Assembly (NCBI GenBank): GCA_010909165.1
Contig: VJWM01000179.1
Coordinates: 248,001 to 312,000 of the forward strand
Length of the DNA: 64,000 nucleotides
Direction of reading: 5' to 3'
Source of the DNA: Anthoceros angustus
Taxonomy: Eukaryota > Plantae > Anthocerotophyta
This document shows, one piece after another, positions 37,101 through 49,347 of this stretch. Positions within the stretch are counted from its first letter, which is position 1. Each line of letters starts with the position of its first letter. The position numbers and the translations under genes are program-made. The notes beneath the pieces were generated by a model. The model searched no databases, was not told the DNA's origin, and saw only the letters and a list, made by a program, of their open reading frames with translations.

Positions 37101-40100
37101 GTCATCCTACAGGTTCCCGCCGATTCGGCTTTAAGTGGAGCAACAATTTAAACATTTACGTTGTGTTGCTGTTGCAGAGCCTGGTCGCTTTCCTGGAGAA
37201 AAAAGCAGCAGATCAGGGTTCAGAGCTTTTGCAACTCAAGAAGATGAGCGAAGAGAGACTGAAGCGATCAGAGGAAGCAGAAACAAAGATTGACCAGCTT
37301 CAGGAATCTTTGCAAAGGTCCACAGTTGCTTCTGTCTCATGGCATGGCCTACAATTATATTTGCTTCTGATCCTCGAAGGTGGATGCATGGTTATGCACT
37401 CACATATTATCTTTATTTTTGCAAATCAGATTGGAGGAGAAGCTTTCAAATATGGAGTCTGAGAATCAAGTGTTGAGGCAGCAGACCCTTGTGCTTTCTC
37501 CAACCAAGGGCATTTCAAACCGGTTCAAGACAACTGTCTTTCAGGTTGGAATAACTTCAGCAATAATATATTTCACATGGCAGTATGTGAGACGGAGATA
37601 TATTCAAGCGATGTAGAGCTAGAGAACCTAGATCTAACCTTTCTTCTTCAGTCTATAATTATAGTAAGTAATTAGTGAATCAATTTTGCAGGCGGAATCA
37701 TAGGTAATAGTTTGCAGCACTGTTTTTTGTTAAGTAGGACTGTTTTCTCACATTTTTTAATGTCTTGTAATGTGCAATTCAGAGAAGCCCGGACAATGGC
37801 CTGGTTGCAAATGGCGAGCACAGGGCATCACCTGTAAGTGGTCATTGATTCGTAAGCGTCTATTGGCTGTTATGTTGGCAGGTTTTGATGTATCTATTGC
37901 TGGGTATTGCAGGAAGCGCCTACTATTGCTCAAATTGAGAGGGAGCAAACTGAGTCTGAGCAACGCCGCCAGAAGTGGTTGATTGATAAGCAGCAGGTCT
38001 TGTGCTCATCAAATAGGCTCTGCATTCACAAGATTGCAGAGCCAATCTTCTATGTCCATCTGGATTCAGACACCTGTATGACATTTTCCATCTCTTGTTT
38101 GTGTGCCAGGAGAATCAAGATGCTCTGCTTCAATGTGTGATAAAGGATGTAGGGTTCAGCCATGATCGGCCAGTTGCTGCTTGCATGATCTACAAATCTC
38201 TCTTGCAATGGCGATCATTTGAAGCTGAGAGAACAAATGTCTTTGACCGTATTATTCAGACCATCGGCTCAGCTATAGAGGTTAGTAGATGCCAGGAGAT
38301 CAGTGAGGAATGAGACAGATGGGGCGATGATGATATCGATCTAGCAGTTATGAAAAATTACTTGTTTCTGATGACGTGGCTGTTGCTGGCAGAGTCAAGA
38401 GAGCAACGATGTGCTGGCTTATTGGTTATCGAATACTTCCACATTACTCTTTCTGTTGCAGCGTACACTGAAAGCTAGTGGTGCTGCTGGAGGTGCCCCT
38501 AAAGGACGTCGACCAAGTTCAGTTACTTTGTTCGGACGCATGACTCAAGTAAGCCTGAGTCATATACTTGTAGATAGATGTGTATGTGTTGGGAACATTC
38601 CTGTTGCTGTTTTCTGTTACCCATCCGAAAAGCAGGTATTGCTGCATTGAACCCAATGTATCAAAATGGTTTGACTGCAGGGTTTTAGGTCATCTCCATC
38701 TGGAGGTGGTGTACCTTTTGGAAATGGTGGAATTGGTGGGCTAGATATTTTGCGGCAGGTTGAGGCAAAGTACCCTGCTTTGCTGTTCAAGCAGCAGCTC
38801 ACTGCCTATGTTGAGAAGATGTATGGGATGATCCGTGACAATCTGAAGAAGGAGATTACGCCATTGCTTGGTCTCTGCATTCAGGTCTGCAGCAGACTTT
38901 GGTCATCCCTTAGTTATTGCAGATTCAGCTTTTATTTTGTTTTAATATTTGGGCGTTTCCCTGTTTCTGGTCATCTAAAAGGCTCCACGAACATCAAGAG
39001 CAAGTCTGAGTAAAACTGCATCTCGATCTCCAAGCACTGCCGCAACAGCTCAGCAGTTGAGCAGTCACTGGAACAGCATCATCTCGAGCCTGAGTGCCCT
39101 CTTAAGCACCATGAAAGCCAATCATGTGCGTTGTACTTGATGACATTCCTTTCCCTTTTGGTTTCCAGAACGTGGACCTTGACTGCTTGTCACTCACTGT
39201 TTGTCAAAATGTCCTGTGGTTCCAGGTCCCACCATTCCTGGTCCGCAAGCTTTTCACACAGATATTCTCATTCATAAATGTACAACTGTTCAACAGGTAA
39301 GCATGTCTCTAGTTTGCTTCGAAAGGATCAGCTGGTTGTTTTCCTGTTTTCTTTATGGTCTGTCATGTTTGTGTGTTATATGGCAGCCTTCTGTTGAGGC
39401 GTGAGTGCTGCTCGTTTAGCAATGGGGAATATGTCAAGGCTGGGCTTGCAGAATTAGAGCACTGGATTTACGAAGCTGGAGAAGAGGTATGCAGCTCGTC
39501 CGTTTGATATTTGCTGGTCTATAAGTGTGGTCACTGGATATTGTTTTGTCCAAACACCTGCCTCAGAAACTGTTCTCAAGCTGTCTGTTTCTTGTCATGT
39601 CTGCATTGAACAGTATGCAGGTGCATCGTGGGATGAGCTGAAGTACATCAGGCAGGCTGTTGGTTTCTTGGTATGGAACTTCTGTGGCTGGGAGGTGTAG
39701 TATGTGGCCCCTATGACCGCTTGTGAGGACTCACTATCAACTTCCCTGTCTTGCTCTTACCAGGTTATCCATCAGAAACCAAAGAAGTCACTTGATGAGA
39801 TTACACATGATCTTTGCCCAGTAAGTGGTTCAATGTCCTGGCTTGGTGCTTTCTTGCAGTTGAAATCAGCTCAATGTAGTTTGCATCTGCAAATTGCTAT
39901 TGCTCACATGGTCCTTACATCAACAGGTTCTGAGCGTGCAACAATTGTATCGGATCAGCACTATGTACTGGGATGACAAGTATGGTACACATAGTGTGTC
40001 GCCTGAGGTACATATCTGGCACCAGTATCACATGTGGTGTACTATCAACATTATATACACAATGTGCCAATGGCTGTGTGTAAACTGCCAGGTAGTTTGG

Positions 40101-40433
40101 CATACTAATGCTGCCATCAACTGTGATTGACTCAGGTGATCGCAAACATGAGAGTCCTGATGACAGAGGACTCAAATAGCGCCGTCAGTAATTCCTTCTT
40201 ACTGGACGATGATTCTAGGTATGTGTGCCACCAGGAGTGCATGTCCTTTCTTGGGTTCTTCTGTCTCAACATGTGCTACAAGGGTTGTCTCCCGTTGGTT
40301 GTGATGCAGCATTCCCTTCTCCGTGGATGATATCTCCAAGTCCGTTAAGGAGCTTGATTTAACTGAGATTGATCCTCCACCTCTACTGCGGGACAATGCG
40401 GCCTTTACCTTTTTACAGCCCCGCTCAGAGTAA
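31185..40433 (+). CDS. MYOXI: Myosin XI (SH3-like N-terminus, motor, IQ repeats, coiled coil, DIL cargo domain), many short exons
   Basis: ATG|gt micro-exon at 31185; VWVED; [17 protein letters not shown]; [13 protein letters not shown]-loop; [12 protein letters not shown]; [13 protein letters not shown]; IQ motifs; [11 protein letters not shown]; [10 protein letters not shown]; [14 protein letters not shown]; [15 protein letters not shown]; stop at 40433. Confidence 0.96.
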
Positions 40434-40935
40434 CATCAGTAGAGGACCATTAGCCTTCCAGTAGCTACTACTCCCTTCGCTTTCGAATTTTTTTTGCGTG
40501 GACTGATTTGTCCCCTGTGTATCCCTCCCCCAACAAAGAGGCGTTCGTCTGCACCACTTCGAACACCTTAATATTGACTGACTTTCCATTGCCTCAGATC
40601 CTTGAATACTAACATTCTAGCTAGCTTATATTCCAACTCTGATTCTTTTGGGCGCAATGATGTAGTAGAAGCCGTGTAATATAGTTGGATGTGTGTGGGA
40701 GGACCTATTTGGTGACTTCTAGAGTCATTGGCGCTTATTCCCCGTCCAGGCGGACATATTTGGTTGCTGGTGTACGAAGCTGTCAAAGCTGTACCAGATT
40801 ATCATATGAATCAGGCTTCTTTTGCGTGGGTCTAGCACAGCATGTGTGAACAATTGCTCTGGAAATGTGAATAGACCTGCCACCACACGGCGGATTTTCT
40901 GCTGCAGGTGGTATTCAAACAATTGTGAGGCACTC

Positions 40936-43315
40936 CTACCTGGGAGAGGACACACCCCCTAGGATTCCCGGTGTACTTATACTGCTCGTGCCACCGGATG
41001 AACTGGGAATGGCCCCCAGTTTGAAATCCAAAGGAGCGGACGATTCTGGCAGGCTTGGGACGTTGCCGGTGCTAAAGTAATGAAGTACTTGCCTCATGTT
41101 AGGCCTCTGATTAGGCTCCTCCGCACAGCACAGTAGACCCACCTTGAGCACGGTGAGAAGCTCCCCTGCATCATATTCGCCAGCAAGCAGCGGGTCTGCA
41201 GCCTCTAACAAGTTCTTCCTTTGATTTAATGCCCACACCCAGTTCACCAGGAATTTCTCCTCAGGCGACCTCAACCACTCAATAGGTTTCCTCCCTGTCA
41301 CGACTTCCAAAGCCAAAACTCCGAAGCTGAAGACGTCAGATTCAGCGCTCACTTTGTCCGAGTACATCGTTTCCGGCGCCAGATACCCCCTTGTTCCTGC
41401 AAACGCAGTTCTGTGGGTGAGGAAGCAGCGCAAACCATACTCAAGCAGGAGGAAGTGAAAGAGTGGAAGAGGAGAGCGGAGATGTGTGGCAAGCCAACCT
41501 GCAGCGTTGGTGACAGTGGCAGCTGCCTTGTTTCTCTTCACCACCCTTGCGAGACCGAAGTCTCCAAGCCGAGCATTCCAACTGGCATCCAACATCACGT
41601 TGGAGCTCTTGACATCCCGGTGGATCAAGCTCTGCTCCTCCCATTCCGAATGGAGATAGTGCAAAGCCGAGGCCACTCCGTATATGATTTTGAATCTCTG
41701 GTCCCACCCTAGCACATCCTTTGGTGGAGCGAACCCAAGGCGTGTCTCCATCATCGGCTCATTCGCCTCCTCATCGTCACTTTCTGCGGTGTGCTGGAAC
41801 AGGTGGTCGAACAAGCTCCCGTTGGGCATGTACTCGTACACCAACAACAGCTCGTTCTCGTTCTTGCACCATCCCTTAAGGGGCACCAGATTCCTGTGCC
41901 GCAGCCTCCCGATGGTTGTGAGCTGCCAAGAGTACCACCACAACAGCACACGGTGGTATCATGCACTAGTACCATAACAATGCCCGAGGCTGCAGCATCT
42001 AAATACGCATATCAAATTCCCTCACCTCGGATAGAAACTCTCTCTCCCCTTGCCTGGAATGCTGCGCAACTTTCTTCACAGCCACCACAGACTTGTCCGG
42101 AAGAACCCCTTTGTACACCTTCCCAAAGCCTCCCTCCCCGAGCACAGACCTGTCACTAAACCCTGACGTTGCCACCCTCAACTCCTGGTAGGAAAACTCC
42201 CGGGGACCATCCAAGCCCGAAAACCCCAACCCTTCTAGCCCAGTACCCTTCGTTATAATAGGTAAAGCAGAACCCTTCGCCAGCCCCCGCCTCCTCCTCC
42301 TCCTCCAAACAAAAAACGCAAACACGGCCACCACGGCAGCAGCAGCAGCGACTCCACAAACCACCCCAATCACCACCCTCGCCCTACCCCCGTCACCCCC
42401 CTCCCCATCCGGAAGCCCTGAAGTCGAGAACTGCCAATCGTACACAACATTCAGCTCCCCCCTCCCATCCACATTGCTCCCCGAAGCCGACGAGAACCCC
42501 ACATACGAGTACTCCTCGATATGCTCCGACAGATCGAACCCGGAATACGTCAACCAAAGCACCCCATCCTCCCGTCTAATCTGGTCTCCATCCGTCACAT
42601 TCAACAACCTCACCTCCAGCGACTGCCCCACGGCATCATAGTCAATCCAAACAGCGACCCTCTGCTGCGTCAGCACACGGTCGTCCCACAAGTACGCCAC
42701 ACTGGCAGACTCCAGACTATCAATGTCCAGCCCGACGTGCGGGGCTTCCACCTTATCGAAATCCCGGTAGCTGTAGGTATCAAACTCCACGGCCACCACC
42801 CTGGACGGGCCTCCATTGATCGGCCTCCCGGTAGTCGTATTGCTGTCAAACAGCCCCAAATCCCCTCCGATGCTCTTCACCGGGGTGCTGGTGTTGGGCG
42901 CGATCAGGAACGTCATCCCGCTCCCCAGCAGCGGCGCATCCGCCACATGCCGGATGGCGAACACGAAGAAGGCGCTGAACGACGCCCTCTCCCCGGTGAT
43001 CGAGTCGTAGAACCGGATGCTGCGGTTGTACATGAGCCTGGCGCTGGAGTTGAAGGCATCCGCCCCGGTCCCGGAGTACGGCGTGAGCTCAAACGAGAGT
43101 CCATCCTGGCTGACGCTGCAGAACTGGTCCTCGCTCACATTTGCCACCTTCCAGCCCGTGCAGGCCAGGACCGAGTCCGGGCGGAACAAGGGCGGGTACG
43201 TGGGGTTGGGGAAGGAGAAGCGCACCGCCCCCGCCCCCCGCCAGTCGACGAGCAGGACGGGGAGGAGGAGGAGCAGGAGGAGCGGGATCGCCGACGCCAG
43301 CCTCGCCCCGCCCAT
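40936..43315 (-). CDS. L-type (legume) lectin receptor-like kinase, 3 exons
   Basis: Signal peptide; lectin domain ([29 protein letters not shown]); TM helix followed by RRRRRR; kinase [34 protein letters not shown]. Introns at about 41923-42025 and 41397-41498. Confidence 0.93.
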
Positions 43316-43968
43316 TCGCTGATCCGAAATTCGGGGAAGGATTCATCACAGGGAGGAGTCGCATTTGAGACGCGATGGACTAAACCGGCTGCCTGCTGGA
43401 GTGGAGGAGTAAAGGCTGCTTCGTGGATACAGCCCACCGCCTCGGCGCCACACGACGCAACAGTTGCCGGACGAATTGTGGATCGCAGCCGGCATGCTGC
43501 GTTTCTCGCCGCCCCTCTCGCGGAACGAGAGAAAGGCGAGGTGTCCGCTTCCAAGTCCCCAACTTCCCCAAGGCCGCAGCCACATTTAATGCGTGTGACC
43601 ATGGAATTTGTTACGCGCTGGGAAGACCGCGCATCGCGGGTCAAGCCTCGTGCCTTTGCAGGCGCTCAGATGCTTCGCTCCTTGTTAATAAGGCCGACAT
43701 ATGTATGTACATATCTCTACAACTCTAACTACTGTATTGAAGTACGGAACGTGAGGATAGATAAACAACCTAACGGATTAGATACCTTTGCCTTTGATGT
43801 TGTAATAAGTGATAGTAAACACATAAAATATCCCGTCCTACGCGGGCGTAGCTAAATTTAAGAAGTCGCCATCCAGTTATCCACGGGACTACAGCTCCAG
43901 GATTCCCGAGGAAGGCGCTTCAAGAGAAGGCGAGCCCGTGCGGTCTGTGCTAGAGTGTGTGTGGTGGG

Positions 43969-45921
43969 ATGGAGCTGAGCGTCTTGCTGCTGCAGCTGCT
44001 TGGCGGCATTGCGGCAGTTCTGGTGTTTGTCCGTTGGATGCGAAAGCCCAAGGCCGGGGCCAAACTGAATCTGCCACCGGAGCCCCCCTCTTGGCCCGTG
44101 ATCGGGCACTTACATCTGTTTCTGGCATCGTCTCATCCTCACCGGGAGATGCATAGATTGGCGGAGGAATACGGACCCATTCTGCATCTCCGGATGGCAG
44201 GGAGGTCTGTGGTGCTCGTCTCCTCCGCGGACACGGCTCGTGAAGTGCTCAAGGATCAGGACCGGAATTTGGCTTCTCGACCTCCGTTCGCGGCGTTCAA
44301 TGGTATGGGGTTCGTCGAGGGGTCCATGGGTCTCGCTCCTTACGGGCCGCGCTGGAGATACCTGAGGTCTGTTTGTGCTTGCACGTAGCCAGTCATTACG
44401 ACTGCCAGGATTGATGGGGGTTGTCGATTGCCATCTTACTCAGCAAGGTGAAACCGTACATTTCAGGAAGGTGGCCACTACTGAGCTCCTCAGTCAGAAG
44501 CCGATACAGCAGCATGCAGCGGCGAGAGAGCAGGAAATGGATGCCATTGTGCGCTCCATTCTGCATGACACTGCCAGGGATGTGGGATTCAACTTGCACG
44601 AGAAGCTTGGTGCTCTGTCCATGAATCTGATGAGTAGGCTGTTGATTGGAAGGCGGCTTTTCCACCACCGTGATAGCTCACAACACGATCGTGGTCATCG
44701 AGAGGTGGGCCTGGGATGCGTGTGCGATGCACAGAAAATCTGCATTCTACTGTACAGTTGTTGGTTTGATTGCTGTGCGCGAGGTGAAGGTTTCTCTGGC
44801 CTTGCAGGCTGCTGATTCCGAGGGTATTGAGTTAGTGCAAACGATGGAGGATCTCCAGCGCGCGTATGGAGTCCCGCTGGTCGGAGATCACAACCCACGC
44901 CTGGCATTTCTGGACTGGTGGACCAAGAAGCGAATTGTCAACTTGCATGTGAAAGTGGACAAGTTCCTAAATAAGCAGCTGGATGAGCACAGGAAGCAGA
45001 GGAACATCCAGAAAGCAGAGCCGGACTTCATGGATATTCTGATGTCCTTACCGGCTGAGGAAGGAGCTGTACCCAACTCCGACAACATGATCAGAGGGTT
45101 AGTCCTGGTGAGTTGCACATCAGTACACCTCTTTACAGTAATGGTCTGGCATGTCATCATATCGCATAAGTTCTCAGACTGCTTGCATTATTTCTATGCT
45201 GCAGGACTTGATGGGTGCTGGGGTGGACACCTCTTCATTGACCATGGAGTGGACTATGGCAGAGGTGATCCGAAACCCTCACGTTATGAAACTGGCTCAC
45301 GAGGAGCTTGACTCAGTGGTTGGGCGAGACCGCAGGGTGCAGGAATCGGACATTCCGAATTTGCCGTATCTTCAAGCCATCGTCAAGGAAAGCATGCGTG
45401 TACATCCTCCTGCCGCAAATCTCCTCCCACATGAAGCCATCGATTCTTGTCAAATTGCAGGGTACGACATCCCGGCCAGGACGACCGTGCTTGTCAGTAT
45501 TTGGAGCATCACACGGGCCAAGTCCGTATGGGAGAGCCCTACAGAGTTCAAGCCAGAAAGGTTCCTGGGAAGGTATATATTACCAAGCTCCTTTCAGCAA
45601 GTTTCTCAATCCTGTGCTAGAAAGTCTCACAGTAGTGGGCAAACGCGTGTTATGGTGTGCAGGGATTTCGACATCACTGGCCAGAATTTTGACTTCATCC
45701 CTTTCGGATCTGGGAGGAGACGTTGTCCTGGCTACCTATTGGGCCTCATCCATGTGCAATATGCTGTGGCCCAGTTACTGCACAGCTTTGATTGGCAACC
45801 GCCTCAGGGCCAGAAACCCGAGCATATGGACATGATGGAAACTTATGGATTGGCCATGCGCAAGACCGTCCCTTTGCATGCTGTTGCTAGTCCTCGCTTG
45901 CCTCCGCACTTATATTGCTAG
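43969..45921 (+). CDS. Cytochrome P450, CYP71 clan (A-type), 5 exons
   Basis: N-terminal TM, LPPEPPSWPVIGHL hinge, APYGPRWR, AGVDTSS I-helix, KESMRVHP (ExxR), PERF and FGSGRRRCPG heme motif. Approximate exons: 43969-44367, 44467-44704, 44808-45107, 45204-45572, 45663-45921. Confidence 0.93.
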
Positions 45922-45988
45922 CTCTCCTCATGGTGGACTTGATATCATGGACACAGTCCTAAACTTGTTGCAATGCGCACCTAATAAA

Positions 45989-46274
45989 TGTAAGAACTAG
46001 CTCAAACACAACACAGCCTGGGCAACGCACAGGATCAACACAGTTAGCAGACACAAGCAGAGGCAATGGATGGCACACGCAATAGCACCACTTGCTTAGA
46101 TAGGCTCCACAGTACACAAGTCAATATACACAAGTCAATATGGTGCACAGGGTGCTACATATATAGCCCTTAGGTGGGGCAACTGTCGAGGAGGTAAGCC
46201 CTAGTATCGAGAGTGCAATATCCTAGTATATCCTAATATACTAGAGTAAGTAGCAAAGGATTGAATCTCTAACA
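45989..46274 (-). repeat. Copia 3' LTR (286 bp, TG...CA)
   Basis: Bounded by TGTAAGA...TCTAACA; CTCCCCCT (PPT reverse complement) follows immediately at 46275. Confidence 0.85.
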
Positions 46275-48017
46275 CTCCCCCTACAAGCTAAAGCTACTTA
46301 CCAATGCCAAGATCCGAACGAAAATGTGCAAACTTTGCGCCGTTGAGCGCCTTGGTGAAGATATCCGCCACCATCTCCCCGGTGTGGAGGTATGAGATCT
46401 GAATCACGCCTTTGAGATATGTTCATGCGAACTACCAGGGAGAAGATCTCCTCGTAGTCCAGCCCTTTCACCTGAGTGAAACCGCAAGCCACTAGTCTCG
46501 CCTTATGCCTTTCCAGAGATCCGTCAGCATTGTACTTCTTCTTAAAAGTCCACTTGCAGTCGACGGCTTTTCTCCCGGGTGGCAAATCAACCAACGTCCA
46601 AACGTTGTTTTCGAGCATCGAATTATATTCAGTACGAATAGCTTCATTCCAGAACTCACCTTCAGGTCCGTTTCGTGCTTCCTCAATTGTGAGCAGGATA
46701 TCATCTTCGAGAAGAAAACACCATTGTGGTCCGCTCACCATGTTGAGCTGGGCATTCTCAAGGACCTTCCGCGAAGGCTGTCGGACCCTTGTCGACCGTC
46801 TCAGAATAGCTGTTGTTGGTTCGTCCTCTGCATCCTCCAATGCTGGAACTAACTCCTCAACTTGCTGCTCTGTTGTGCTCCTTCTGAGTTTCCTCCTCCG
46901 AGAATTCCTGCGAGAACGATAGGTGGTACAACCTCACCTGCTGGGATGTCCTCACCATCACCCTCCGGTGTGTGGTGATCCCCTTCTGCTGTCATTGGTG
47001 GATCTGGGACAAGGAAGGTGTCTTGGATAAACTCAGAGTCGAGGTCCGTGAAAACAGCCGTGCTCTCCGCATGACTTCCAATGTTGTTCTCAGCGAACAC
47101 GACATCAGAACGTTCATGCATCTGCTTGCTGACGGGATCCCACAATCTGTAAGCCTTTCGCTCATTCGCATAACCAATGAAGCTGCACTTGATGCTTCTG
47201 TCGTCCAACTTCTTCCGCAGTTGCTTAGGAACATGCACATATGCTACACAGCCAAACACTCTCAAGTGTGAGACATTTGGTTTCTCACCAAACCAAGGTT
47301 CATGGGGTGTCATAGAGCCACCTAGCGCCATGGTAATTGACATATTCTGTACGTGTACCGCCGCTGCCACTGCATCTGCCCAAAAATATTTTGGCATCCT
47401 GCTTTCCGCTAGCATACTCCTAGCGCCATTGCAGATGGTACGATTCTTCCGCTCGGCGATCCCTGCCTGTTGCGGCGTGTACCTTGTCGTTAACTACCTC
47501 TCAATTCCGGCCGCTGTGCATTCATCCTTGAAGAGTTTACTCAAATACTCTCCTCCCCCATCAGTTCGAAGTCTCTTCAACTTCTTTCCGGTTTGTTTCT
47601 CCGCAGTCGCCCTGAACATCTGAAATGCTTGGAGAGCGTCACTCTTCTTCCGCAGGAAGTACACCGCTGCTCTCCTGCTATAGTCGTCGATAAATGAAAT
47701 ATAGTATCTCGCCTGTATCATCCTTGCTTCCACTTGCATTGGTCCGCAAAGATCAGAATGGACAAGTTCCAAGACTTCTTTTGCTCTCTTCGTTACTGAA
47801 ACATAAGACCTTCGGGGATGCTTGCCTTTCATACAAGCGTCACACAGACCAAGTTCTGCCTTCTGGAGCTCCATGCCTGTCACGAACTTCTTCCGCTCCA
47901 TCTCCAGGAGAAACTTCAAGTTGGTATGCCCAAACCGTCTATGCCACAGTAAGGCATTTCCACCTTTCCCCGACACTATCTGAACCTCTTGGTCGTCAGG
48001 GACCTCCATCTGGTACA
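45989..48017 (-). mobile_element. Ty1/Copia retrotransposon, 3' half, internally deleted and cut off by the CACTA insertion
   Basis: LWHRRFGH...CDACMKGK (GAG-pre-integrase), VHSDLCGP, FIDDYSR, LRTDGGGEY, HLRVFGCVAY, KWTFKKK...HKARLVA (RT start) and MVADIFTKAL (RNase H end), with PPT AGGGGGAG next to the LTR. Confidence 0.92.
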
Positions 48018-48917
48018 CACTACTACACATCGGGTGTCTTTATGACAAGAGCATTACAACGTGGGGTGCTTCGCATTATAACTCTCGTCATATGGCATAT
48101 GATGGGTTCACCGAATCATCTTGGGTAGCCTTTAAAATACTCAAAGTATAACGTGAAGCAAAAACGTCATTTAATTGACATACCTCCGGACAAAACCGTC
48201 CCAGCCGAACCGGTGAACGCGAATCTCTACCGGGACTTACCGTCAGTGCCATCAGTTGGGTTTCCATGCTGGGTCTCGGTTCTTGTATGCATGTGCGATT
48301 ACATTTCCATTTGCGAAATTTGGACAATGGCTGGGCCAAGGCGGCAGGTCGGGCGTACTGGAGATCCTCACCTTGCTGCATTGCATTCAAGTTTTTGGGT
48401 TTGGCGTTCGGCCTTCACAAGTACTAGGAACCCGTTGGGCGCGGTGGTCTCAAGTGTGTACGATCTAACTTTGATCAAAAGGCAATCTAGTAACAAAGAT
48501 GACTGTGCTGCACTTTCTGCAAAGATATTCGAAGTGAACGGATTGCACAATCAGCCCACTGCTGGCCGCGATGAGAAACGGTGCGATTCAAAGTCCAGCT
48601 ATGTACGAACCTGAGACGATCGGAATTAAATCCGATATCATACCATGGTCGGAGAGGCGCCAAAGCTAAACCCACGTCATGTCAGATTCGATTCTGATGT
48701 GCCCTCCCGGACATGGATGTCAGCCATGCGATGCCGGCAGGAGGCGTGATGGAGTTCCAGCATGGCTTACAATTGTCAGTCATTGTACAGGAGGACAATC
48801 GTCCAAAAATCCGTGCGGGATTGGGGTCTATCCTTCCAGAGTCTTCACGCTTGGACACAGATCCCACTCTCACGACGTGCCCAGCTTTTCGATACTGAGA
48901 CGTTCGCTTGGGGGCTT

Positions 48918-49008
48918 GTGACCGAGATGGGTGCAATTAGATTACCAGGCCACCGCCTGCTAATCTAATTGCACCCATCTCGGTCACCGCCTGCTAATCT
49001 AATTGCAC
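48918..49008. repeat. 32-bp-arm hairpin (1 mismatch, 6-nt loop) plus overlapping 24-bp direct repeat
   Basis: gtgaccgagatgggtgcaattagattaccagg / cctgctaatctaattgcacccatctcggtcac; caccgcctgctaatctaattgcac occurs at 48951 and 48985. Confidence 0.9.
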
Positions 49009-49347
49009 ACAGCTAGGTCACTGGACATGTGGGCTGAAATGTGCGGTGCCCCGAATGAACACGACAGAGACGATAGCTGTTCCAACAATGTGGTCGCATC
49101 GCTTACCATACAATTATATATTGACTAACAAGCTGTTGCCGCAACCACTTACATGGCAACAATCCACATTCAAAAAAAGTCGGGCTGAGAAGGCAATGCA
49201 TATTGAACGAGACCACAGACCCACAAGTTGGGCAAACTAAAATGTTGCCAACTAGGTGCATAACCTGCTTTCCTGCCACGCTCAAAACTAAGCCAAATGG
49301 TGCCGCCCTTCGTCTGCCATTCCTATCTGATTGTGGCACATCACCTG

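Noticed and set aside
42521-43855. 444-aa plus-strand ORF
   Set aside because: Antisense shadow of the GC-rich LecRK exon with no recognisable motifs.
14120-45921. Biosynthetic gene cluster (UXE + GH5 + P450)
   Set aside because: The enzymes are interspersed with unrelated genes (TRAF, myosin XI), and there is no scaffold-forming enzyme.
4245-48018. Related CACTA termini bracketing the whole gene block as a giant Pack-type element
   Set aside because: The termini face outward (TAGTG on the left, CACTA on the right) and both appear to be the same end type, so the genes lie between two elements rather than inside one.
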